From: Bacteroidota bacterium
GTDB lineage: Bacteria; Bacteroidota; Bacteroidia; Bacteroidales; VadinHA17
Assembly: GCA_030596025.1 (NCBI GenBank)
Contig: JAUVKW010000001.1
Span: 1,603 to 65,602 of the forward strand
Direction of reading: 5' to 3'
Length of the DNA: 64,000 nucleotides
The notes under the pieces are model-generated. The model saw nothing but the letters and a program-made list of their open reading frames with translations, made no database searches and was not told where the DNA came from. Each line of letters opens with the position of its first letter. Position 1 is the first letter of the stretch. Made by a program: the position numbers and the translations under genes. Shown here piece after piece: positions 56,883 through 64,000 of the stretch.

Positions 56883-57722
56883 TTATTTTAAGTAGGAAGG
56901 GTGAATGCTTAAAACTGGAATCGGAGAATGGTTTACCATTTGTTGGGCTGCAGTACTTATGTGCATATTTAAGGGTGTTCCTCTCTGGTTGCTCATAATT
57001 GCAACCAGCTCTGCCCCGATATGCACTCCATAAGAAGCTGTAAGGTCTGATATGTCGCTTCCATACAAATTGTCTCTTACTACCTGAATATTTCTTTTCT
57101 CAAAATAGTCTCCTATTTGCTTCACATAATTATTCAGACGTTTAATAATATCTGCTCTTTGTGTGGTTCTCACGCTCACAACATGTACTTCTGCCTCAAG
57201 AGCCGAAGCTAAATCAGCAACAAATGGCACCTTCTTACGGGTCTCTCTTGATGCATCAAGAGGTAATACAATTTTGTTGATGCTCTTTTTCTTAAAACCA
57301 TTCCTTACAGTTAATACCGGACATGGGGCCTTACAAACAACCCTGTAAGAATTACTGCCAAGCCAAAATTCTTCAAACCCGGAAACCCCATGTGTACCCA
57401 TTATAATTAAAAAGGCCTTATCTTTAATTGCCTGATCTGAAATGACTTTATAGATTTTCCCCACTTTAATCAGATAATCAAATGTGCCTCCCCCCTTATA
57501 CTTAGACATATTTTGCTCTATTAGCTCCTTACAAAAGTCATCTACGGTACTACCATACTCCTTTTCCTTCCCTTTAATAATAAAAGGCTCATCGTAATTT
57601 TTATCCTTCCTCACATGAATAACCCTAACACTGGATTTAACTTTGTTAGCCATTGTAATTGCATGCTCCAGGGCATTCATTGAGTCTTTTGAAAAATCGA
57701 TGGGTACTAAAATGCTTTTCAT
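56883..57722 (-). CDS. universal stress protein (tandem Usp domains)
   Basis: 279-aa ORF. MKSILVPIDFSKDS and IIMGTHGVSGFEEFWLGSNSYRVVCKAPCPVLTV, plus a second Usp-like half. Confidence 0.85.
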   Translation of the reverse strand: MKSILVPIDFSKDSMNALEHAITMANKVKSSVRVIHVRKDKNYDEPFIIKGKEKEYGSTVDDFCKELIEQNMSKYKGGGTFDYLIKVGKIYKVISDQAIKDKAFLIIMGTHGVSGFEEFWLGSNSYRVVCKAPCPVLTVRNGFKKKSINKIVLPLDASRETRKKVPFVADLASALEAEVHVVSVRTTQRADIIKRLNNYVKQIGDYFEKRNIQVVRDNLYGSDISDLTASYGVHIGAELVAIMSNQRGTPLNMHISTAAQQMVNHSPIPVLSIHPSYLK

Positions 57723-57859
57723 TGGTGTAATTTTTAGATTTTCAGATAATGGGTCATTTATTTGTAATCTGCCAAAGCTTTTGATTCTAGCAGGTTATTA
57801 AACCTAAGCTTTAAAAATACAAAAAAAAATACAGAATGCTTAAAAATGATTTAGTAAAA

Positions 57860-58348
57860 TCATCTCAAATCAACTATCCCTCTCTCATCTATTTGAATAC
57901 TCCTTTTAATGCAAAGGTATTTTACTCTTAAATTTCCGGTAAGTCTGTATTCTGCCGTGCTTTTTTCTGCCAGGGAAATAAGAGCCATTGTGGTTTTAAT
58001 AAATCCTTTCAACTCAACTTCAACAGGGAACATATAGATCTCATCCGACATCTTTTTTATAAGTACTTTTTCATTATTTGAAATGTTCCCCAACTCAATG
58101 CCATTCAAATTCAAATCCAGATCCATCTTTGTAAGTTTAAGATTCTGCTTTCCGGGATTTTCAATCGGAATATATAGTTCAAGGTCAAGTCCCCCTTTTC
58201 GTATCTGGTTTATTTTTATCTCCTGAACATCCCCTACCTGAATTTCCTGCATCATTGAACAACTACCCAGCGTCATAATCAACAACACTCCTGCAATAGC
58301 AGGCTTATACTTTTGCAAGGCCATGAAATTAAGGTTAATTAAATGCAT
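57860..58348 (-). CDS. LEA_2/NDR1-HIN1-like lipoprotein (tentative)
   Basis: 162-aa ORF. An internal Met at 58324 would give the lipoprotein signal MALQKYKPAIAGVLLIMTLGSC. Beta-rich pattern ..LDLELYIPIENPGKQNLKLTKMDLDLNLNG... Confidence 0.4.
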   Translation of the reverse strand: MHLINLNFMALQKYKPAIAGVLLIMTLGSCSMMQEIQVGDVQEIKINQIRKGGLDLELYIPIENPGKQNLKLTKMDLDLNLNGIELGNISNNEKVLIKKMSDEIYMFPVEVELKGFIKTTMALISLAEKSTAEYRLTGNLRVKYLCIKRSIQIDERGIVDLR

Positions 58349-59094
58349 TAGTTGTTCTCCAGCAAATTGATAAGATCATCGGTCATTTCCAGGTTATGAT
58401 AAACACTTTGCACATCATCATCTTCTTCAAAATCATCTACCATTTTTAAAAATCTCATGGCTGCTTCAGGTTCAAGCTCTTTTGTATCATTAGGGATTCT
58501 TTGCAGTTCTGCATTTTCAGGTTCCAGTTTTAGTTCATCCAGCTTTTTCTGAACATTTCCAAAATCTTCCAGTGCTGTGGTAATAATATATACATCACTT
58601 TCATCCTCAATATCCTCAGCCCCTGCATCAATTAGCTCAAGTTCAAACTCATCAGGATCAATTTCGCCCTTAGGAATTGTAAAAACGCCTTTTCTGTCAA
58701 ACAAAAAACTAAGTGATCCATTGGTTCCTAATGTTCCACTTCTCTTTGTAAATATAGACCTGATTACACTTACCGTACGATTATTATTATCTGTCAGGCA
58801 TTCTACATAAACAGCAACTCCTCCCGGACCATATCCTTCAAAGGTAACTTCCTGAAAATTGGCTCCATCACTGGAAGCCTTATTTATAGCCCTGGCAATA
58901 TTGTCCTTAGGCATATTAACTCCCTTGGAATTTTGAATCGCCAGGCGAAGACGTGGGTTAACATCTTCATCGGGACCTCCCTCTTTAACTGCAACCTGAA
59001 TTTCCTTTACAATTTTGGAAAATAATTTTGATCGCTTTGCATCGGCAGCACCCTTTTTCCGTTTTATTGTTGACCATTTGCTATGTCCTGACAT
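58348..59094 (-). CDS. YebC/PmpR family DNA-binding transcriptional regulator
   Basis: 248-aa ORF. MSGHSKWSTIKRKKGAADAKRSKLFSKI and the NPRLRLAIQ motif. Confidence 0.9.
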   Translation of the reverse strand: MSGHSKWSTIKRKKGAADAKRSKLFSKIVKEIQVAVKEGGPDEDVNPRLRLAIQNSKGVNMPKDNIARAINKASSDGANFQEVTFEGYGPGGVAVYVECLTDNNNRTVSVIRSIFTKRSGTLGTNGSLSFLFDRKGVFTIPKGEIDPDEFELELIDAGAEDIEDESDVYIITTALEDFGNVQKKLDELKLEPENAELQRIPNDTKELEPEAAMRFLKMVDDFEEDDDVQSVYHNLEMTDDLINLLENN

Positions 59095-59302
59095 AATTGT
59101 TTTTTTTCAAAAATACTTGTTAAACCAGAAGTCAAAAATAAGAAATACTTTCAATAAATTTATGTTAAATCAATTCTATGAAAGATATGCAGGATATTAG
59201 CCGGGGGGCAATATTCTGGTTCAGAACCTATAGCAAAAAGTCTATATTTTGGAATCCCCCTGTTGGAACCAAAGACATGAATGGAAATTATCTGGATAGT
59301 TT

Positions 59303-60199
59303 TTAAAAATAAAAATTATAACTGAACCAAATTGGCAAGCCTATCGGGAATACAGTTGCGATATCCCTTGAATTGATAAGGGCAATGTCGAATGAAGAAC
59401 GTTCCCCAATTATCTTAATCCCATAAGAAAAGACCCAATAATACGGATCTGTTGGAATTATCCAGTTTTCAGTAACCAGCCCAATTCTTCTTCCAACTCT
59501 TGCAAAACCACTAAAAGTTATAATCGGACTATCTGTAAGCTCCCCACCGGCCTGCCCCCATCCCAGACCAAAAGTACCATGATAATCATCAGTGCCATAG
59601 GTAAGGCTGCCATATGCCAGTCCAATGCCCTCAAAGCCGTCACCATCTTCAATCACAGCCGCGGCATTGGCATACATGTACCCGGCTCCTACCGAAAATT
59701 TTTCAGTTATTTCAAATCCAAATTTTGGCATAATGAAAAATATTGGTTCCCCGGCAAAAGTTGAGATTCCTTCAAAACCGCCACCTATTGAAAACCAATT
59801 TGTAATACCATAATGAGCCAGGTTTGTTGTAATAAGAACATTCTGATAATAGCCTTCACCTTTCTTAAGGTTTCGACCCGTAGGTCCAAACAGGTAGCGT
59901 GTTGAGTTAGGATTTTTGAACCAGTATTTACCATCTTTAATCTGAGCGGGTTTTATTTCAATCAGTTCTTTAATATCAGCTTTATTTATAGTTAAATTAC
60001 CAAAGGTAGTTGTTCTGATAATAATATTCTCCGCCGTTTCAGAAATTAATTCTCCCATCACACTTGATCCGTCATGTAGCTTGATCTCAACCATTTTACC
60101 AGGCTGATCGGAAACTACTCCTTGTGAAAATGCCAGAGAACCCACCAACAGTATTAACATTACTGTCAGTATAGATTTGTAAAAAGATAAATTTTTCAT
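59303..60199 (-). CDS. hypothetical secreted protein, probable outer-membrane beta-barrel
   Basis: 298-aa ORF with a signal peptide (..LVGSLAFSQG). G/Y/F-rich alternating strands and a C-terminal ..WFSYNFYF ending in Phe. Confidence 0.5.
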   Translation of the reverse strand: MKNLSFYKSILTVMLILLVGSLAFSQGVVSDQPGKMVEIKLHDGSSVMGELISETAENIIIRTTTFGNLTINKADIKELIEIKPAQIKDGKYWFKNPNSTRYLFGPTGRNLKKGEGYYQNVLITTNLAHYGITNWFSIGGGFEGISTFAGEPIFFIMPKFGFEITEKFSVGAGYMYANAAAVIEDGDGFEGIGLAYGSLTYGTDDYHGTFGLGWGQAGGELTDSPIITFSGFARVGRRIGLVTENWIIPTDPYYWVFSYGIKIIGERSSFDIALINSRDIATVFPIGLPIWFSYNFYF

Positions 60200-60328
60200 G
60201 ATTAAAAGTATAAGTTGCAGATTGTAAACCTGTTAATCTTCAGGATGCGTACCAGAAGATATATTTCACAAATATCTTCAAAACGCACATATCACTTCAA
60301 AAATTATGCCTGTTATTCAATTCACGCC

Positions 60329-60366
60329 AAAAAAGCAGTCTGTGATAAAATTGTCTGGACACTGCT
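60329..60366 (-). terminator. candidate rho-independent terminator downstream of the STAS gene
   Basis: The minus strand reads AGCAGTgtccagacaattttatcacagACTGCTTTTTTGG: a 6-bp stem plus a U-tract, about 70 nt after the stop at 60436. Confidence 0.4.
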
Positions 60367-60435
60367 AACTCATACCAAATTTAAGAAAATTTGATCGATT
60401 TTAATGAATTGTTGGAAAAATATGACTGGGATGGT

Positions 60436-60771
60436 TTACGGGCAAGGCTTATTACTTACGACTTCTGCATATTCCATGATCTGGTCAACCAGATCGGTTC
60501 TGGAAAATAGCTCCCTGACTTCATCTGAAACATGGCATAGCCGGTACTTAAAACTTTGCTCCTTTGCCTTTTCAGAAAGAATCATTAAAAAATTTAATCC
60601 AGATGAATCAATAAAATCTATTCCCTCAAGGTTAATAGACAGCTCGCATTCGGGAGTATTAAAAAATAAGGCAAGTTGTTTGGAAAGTTCTTCTACAAGA
60701 AAACAGTTAACCCTGTTGGTGTTATAAAATGAAACTATGAAGTGGTTCTTGTCCCTGGTAATTTTAAACAT
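60436..60771 (-). CDS. STAS-domain anti-sigma factor antagonist
   Basis: 111-aa ORF with the motif ..LEGIDFIDSSGLNFLM.. carrying the conserved phosphorylatable Ser context. Confidence 0.75.
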   Translation of the reverse strand: MFKITRDKNHFIVSFYNTNRVNCFLVEELSKQLALFFNTPECELSINLEGIDFIDSSGLNFLMILSEKAKEQSFKYRLCHVSDEVRELFSRTDLVDQIMEYAEVVSNKPCP

Positions 60772-61038
60772 CTTTGCTCCAAATAAATTTTAAAGCTTCG
60801 AATATAATTGGAGTCAAAAGTAGAACTTTCTAACAAATTATGAAAAGTTGATTGATGAATTTCAAAGAAATGCAATAATTCTCTACGGCCTGCCGGGTGC
60901 CCTCTGCTGGATTTTTGAGTTTTGGAATTTTCTGTTTTGCCCTTACCTAATCTTTCTCTCTTTCGCCTTGTCGCTCCTTCGCCCCCTGCGCCTCTTCTCT
61001 TTCCCTCTTTTTCCTCGTAGCTCTTCCCTCCTTGCCAA

Positions 61039-61097
61039 CTGCCGACTGCCGACTGCTTACTGCTTACTGCTTACTGCTTACTGCTTACTGCTTACTG
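61039..61097. repeat. heptamer tandem array: 2 x CTGCCGA + 6 x CTGCTTA
   Basis: Read directly. Embedded in a pyrimidine-rich (plus strand) low-complexity element, 60940-61183, immediately 3' of aspS. The track ORFs 60848..61168 and 61032..61289 are translations of it. Confidence 0.9.
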
Positions 61098-61183
61098 GGA
61101 CTTGGTTCGAGACTGTTCAAGAAAGTTCGGGACTGCATCCTCTTTCTCCCAGTCACCTCTTCACTTAGTCTCTCTTTCACTCC

Positions 61184-62929
61184 CTACCTGGCTCGAAGGT
61201 TCAGCTCTTTCAATTGTTCTTCTGAAATAGCTGAGGGGCTATCAATCATAACATCCCTTCCTGAATTATTTTTTGGGAAAGCAATATAATCCCTTATAGA
61301 TTCTGATCCTCCAAATAAGGCAACCAGTCTGTCAAAACCAAATGCTATACCACCATGGGGAGGTGCGCCATATTTAAAGGCATTCATTAGAAATCCAAAT
61401 TGAGCCTCAGCCTCTTCATTGGTAAATCCAAGATGACGGAACATTTGCTCTTGTTCCTTTTTTGTATGGATTCGGATAGATCCGCCACCAATCTCAACTC
61501 CGTTGATAACCAGGTCATAAGCATTGGCTCTGACTCTTCCGGGATCTGAATCTAACCATTTGATATCCTCTGACTTGGCAGATGTAAAAGGATGATGCAT
61601 GGCTGTAAACCTTGACTTATCCTCATCCCACTCCAGCAAAGGGAAGTCAATAACCCACAGAGGTATAAATTCTTTGCTATTTCTCAAATCAAGTCTCTTC
61701 CCCATCTCTAACCTGAGTTCAGACAGGGCAAATAAAGTATCTCTTCTGGAACCGGCAAGAATCAGCAATAAATCTCCTTCTTTTGCCTCAAGGACCTTTT
61801 TCCATTGATGAAAGTTTTCATCATTGAAAAACCTATCAACTGAAGATTTAAAACTTCCATCTTCATTTATCTTCAAGTACACTAATCCTTTAGCGCCAAC
61901 CTGGGGTTGAGTGACAAATTCAGTTAACTGATCCAGCTGCTTTCTTGAGTATCCTGCACAGGAAGATACACTGATTCCCCCAATATATTCAACCTGATCG
62001 AAAACCCTGAATCCCTTTCCCTGAACAAGACTGGTAATTTCTTTCAGTTTCATCCCAAATCTTAAATCAGGTTTATCAGTTCCGTAGTCTCTCATTGCTT
62101 CATCGTATGGCATTCTTGGAAAATCATCAGTCAATTGAATTTCCTTCACATTTCTGAACAGATGTTTACACATTCCCTCAAACATATTCAATACATCTTC
62201 TTGTTCAACAAATGACATCTCACAATCAATCTGGGTAAATTCCGGTTGACGGTCTGCACGTAAATCCTCGTCCCTGAAGCATTTTACAAGCTGAAAATAC
62301 CGGTCGTAACCTGAGATCATCAACAATTGTTTAAAGGTCTGTGGGGATTGAGGCAAGGCATAAAACTGGCCCTGGTTCATTCTTGAAGGAACAACAAAAT
62401 CCCTGGCTCCTTCAGGAGTAGATTTAATAAGGTAAGGAGTTTCTATCTCTATAAAATCCTTTCCATCAAGAAACTTTCTGACTTCCTGTGCCATTTTATG
62501 CCGTAAAAATAAATTTTCCTGCAAAGGACGTCTTCGAAGATCAAGATACCTGTACTTCATTCTCAATTCTTCTCCCCCATCCGTTTTTTCTTCAATGGTA
62601 AAAGGAGGCAAATCAGAAGAACTCAATACTTCCATGTTTGATGTTTCTATTTCAATCTCCCCTGTGGGAATCTTCAAATTCTTATTACTTCTTTCTACAA
62701 CCAGGCCTTGCACCCTGATTACATATTCTCTTCCCAGTTTTCGTGCTTGCTCACATAATTCCGGACGAGTTTCCATGTCAAATACAAGCTGGGTTATCCC
62801 ATACCTGTCTCTTAAATCTAAAAAGGTCATTCCTCCAAGATCCCTGGACTTTTGCACCCATCCGCTTAAGGTTATATACTCTCCAATATGTTCAATATTT
62901 AATTCCCCGCAAGTATGAGTTCTATACAT
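61184..62929 (-). CDS. aspS: aspartate--tRNA ligase
   Basis: 581-aa [13 protein letters not shown], motif 2 [26 protein letters not shown], motif 3 [13 protein letters not shown]. Confidence 0.95.
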   Translation of the reverse strand: MYRTHTCGELNIEHIGEYITLSGWVQKSRDLGGMTFLDLRDRYGITQLVFDMETRPELCEQARKLGREYVIRVQGLVVERSNKNLKIPTGEIEIETSNMEVLSSSDLPPFTIEEKTDGGEELRMKYRYLDLRRRPLQENLFLRHKMAQEVRKFLDGKDFIEIETPYLIKSTPEGARDFVVPSRMNQGQFYALPQSPQTFKQLLMISGYDRYFQLVKCFRDEDLRADRQPEFTQIDCEMSFVEQEDVLNMFEGMCKHLFRNVKEIQLTDDFPRMPYDEAMRDYGTDKPDLRFGMKLKEITSLVQGKGFRVFDQVEYIGGISVSSCAGYSRKQLDQLTEFVTQPQVGAKGLVYLKINEDGSFKSSVDRFFNDENFHQWKKVLEAKEGDLLLILAGSRRDTLFALSELRLEMGKRLDLRNSKEFIPLWVIDFPLLEWDEDKSRFTAMHHPFTSAKSEDIKWLDSDPGRVRANAYDLVINGVEIGGGSIRIHTKKEQEQMFRHLGFTNEEAEAQFGFLMNAFKYGAPPHGGIAFGFDRLVALFGGSESIRDYIAFPKNNSGRDVMIDSPSAISEEQLKELNLRAR

Positions 62930-63051
62930 GATATTTGGTTTAATAGAATGGGCAAAAATACAGAAAATTAAAGGACTTTTTCAGAATCACACAAATTTGA
63001 ATACTTTTATTAAAAAGTCACATTTCTTTTCACAAAAGACCACCTTAATCC

Positions 63052-63498
63052 ATGAGTGAACTATTTTTTACAGATGATTACTTCATGAAAGAAGCCCTGA
63101 AAGAAGCCCGGCAGGCTTTTGAAAAGGATGAAGTACCTGTTGGGGCCATAATTGTATCAGAAAATAAGATAATTGCAAGATCTCACAACCTGGTTGAAAC
63201 ATTGAATGATGCAACAGCTCATGCTGAAATTCTTGCTATTACATCTGCTGAAAATTCGCTGGGAAGTAAATACCTGAATGAATGTACCCTTTATGTTACA
63301 CTTGAACCATGTGTAATGTGTGCCGGAGCTATGGATTTATGTAAGTTGGGAAGATTGGTTTTTGGCACAACAGACCCAAAAAAGGGATTTCAAAAGTTTT
63401 CAGATACTATTTTGCATCCTTCTACCAAATTAAGTATGAAGATAATGGAAAGTGAATGCAGTGCAATATTAAAAGATTTTTTCTCAAAAAAACGATAA
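63052..63498 (+). CDS. tadA: tRNA adenosine(34) deaminase
   Basis: 148-aa ORF. Deaminase motifs HAEILAI and PCVMCAG, and EVPVGAIIV. Confidence 0.9.
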   Translation: MSELFFTDDYFMKEALKEARQAFEKDEVPVGAIIVSENKIIARSHNLVETLNDATAHAEILAITSAENSLGSKYLNECTLYVTLEPCVMCAGAMDLCKLGRLVFGTTDPKKGFQKFSDTILHPSTKLSMKIMESECSAILKDFFSKKR

Positions 63499-63569
63499 AC
63501 CAGAATGGACCATAGGTCATTGGTTTCATGGCTATTTTTTAATAAATTTGTATGTACAAATAAACAAAA

Positions 63570-64000
63570 ATGAAACCAAAAACCTGTAAGCTTTTATTAT
63601 TGCTATTTCTTTTCTCAACTCCAGGAATCTCACTATGTCAAAGTGGTATGAACGCAAGGATGCAATCCCTTTTACAAACCACAACTCTCTATGTTGCTGA
63701 TGCTTATGAAGATGTGTATGGGAATCCTTATGTGGATGAGGAATTCAAGGAGGGTGAAATACTATTTAAGGACTCTTCAATATATAATGGAATTGGTATG
63801 CGTTTGAACCACAACAACGATCAGATAGAATTTCAACAGGACGGACAAATTTTAGCCATTCCTAACCCTGAGGATCTGATCTCGGTATCCTTTGGAAATC
63901 ACCATTTTATCTATGGTAAATATACTAAAGGGAAAAAAATCTTATCAAGCTTTTTTGAAGTACTGGTGTCTGGAAGAACCGGTCTTCTTTATCGTAGAGA
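63570..64000 (+). CDS. hypothetical secreted protein, 5' partial (runs off the window end)
   Basis: Hand translation from the ATG at 63570 gives MKPKTCKLLLLLFLFSTPGISLCQSG.. and stays open to the last base. It is absent from the ORF track because it has no stop codon. Confidence 0.5.
   Translation, partial: MKPKTCKLLLLLFLFSTPGISLCQSGMNARMQSLLQTTTLYVADAYEDVYGNPYVDEEFKEGEILFKDSSIYNGIGMRLNHNNDQIEFQQDGQILAIPNPEDLISVSFGNHHFIYGKYTKGKKILSSFFEVLVSGRTGLLYRR

Noticed and set aside
7690-61097. Possible CRISPR arrays among the tandem repeats (7690-7734, 10486-10524, 21.7-21.8 kb, 61039-61097)
   Set aside because: The units are 7-15 nt and directly abutting, with no spacers of 25-40 nt. No cas genes are in the window.
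60848-61289. Track ORFs 60848..61168 and 61032..61289
   Set aside because: They are translations of the pyrimidine-rich low-complexity element and the heptamer array (..LLTAYCLLLTAYCLL..). They overlap each other and the aspS 3' end, and have no plausible start context.

Overview
AT-rich chromosomal window that looks Bacteroidota-like. This is inference from lipoprotein-type signal peptides ending in SC/GC, an LptC/GldE-like/PpiD neighbourhood, glsA/glsB-like lipid genes and a dcw cluster without murF. The region from about 21.9 to 64 kb is ordinary core genome: fbp, mfd, coaX, an LptC-like gene, an AGCS symporter, a PpiD-like gene, purF, a yebC-family gene, aspS and tadA. It also holds a complete minus-strand mraZ-rsmH-ftsL-ftsI-murE-mraY-murD-ftsW-murG-murC-ftsQ-ftsA-ftsZ cluster (36.7-52.0 kb) with visible MraZ-box repeats. 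The left ~21 kb looks accessory. It starts with a short, divergent SecA paralogue. Next is a minus-strand block with one RND adaptor, two RND permeases, two paralogous signal peptidases I and a DUF1573-like protein; a four-helix-bundle gene sits inside an inverted-repeat element in the middle of that operon. From 14.8 to 21.5 kb there are tandem cassettes of 6-bladed beta-propeller lipoproteins, CxxC thioredoxin-fold lipoproteins and small secreted Cys/Trp-rich peptides. One peptide is NVEALA-like and one is an unannotated frameshifted paralogue. Two cassettes are preceded by a non-coding element that is about 95% identical by eye, and their peptide genes are followed by strong stem-loops. This peptide/thioredoxin/propeller array with its conserved leader is my best candidate for an uncharacterised system. 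Intergenic DNA throughout carries families of word-like short repeats arranged as long imperfect hairpins, and one such repeat lies in frame inside an RND gene. I found no rRNA, tRNA, CRISPR array, transposase or integrase. All family assignments come from motif reading and memory, not from searches.
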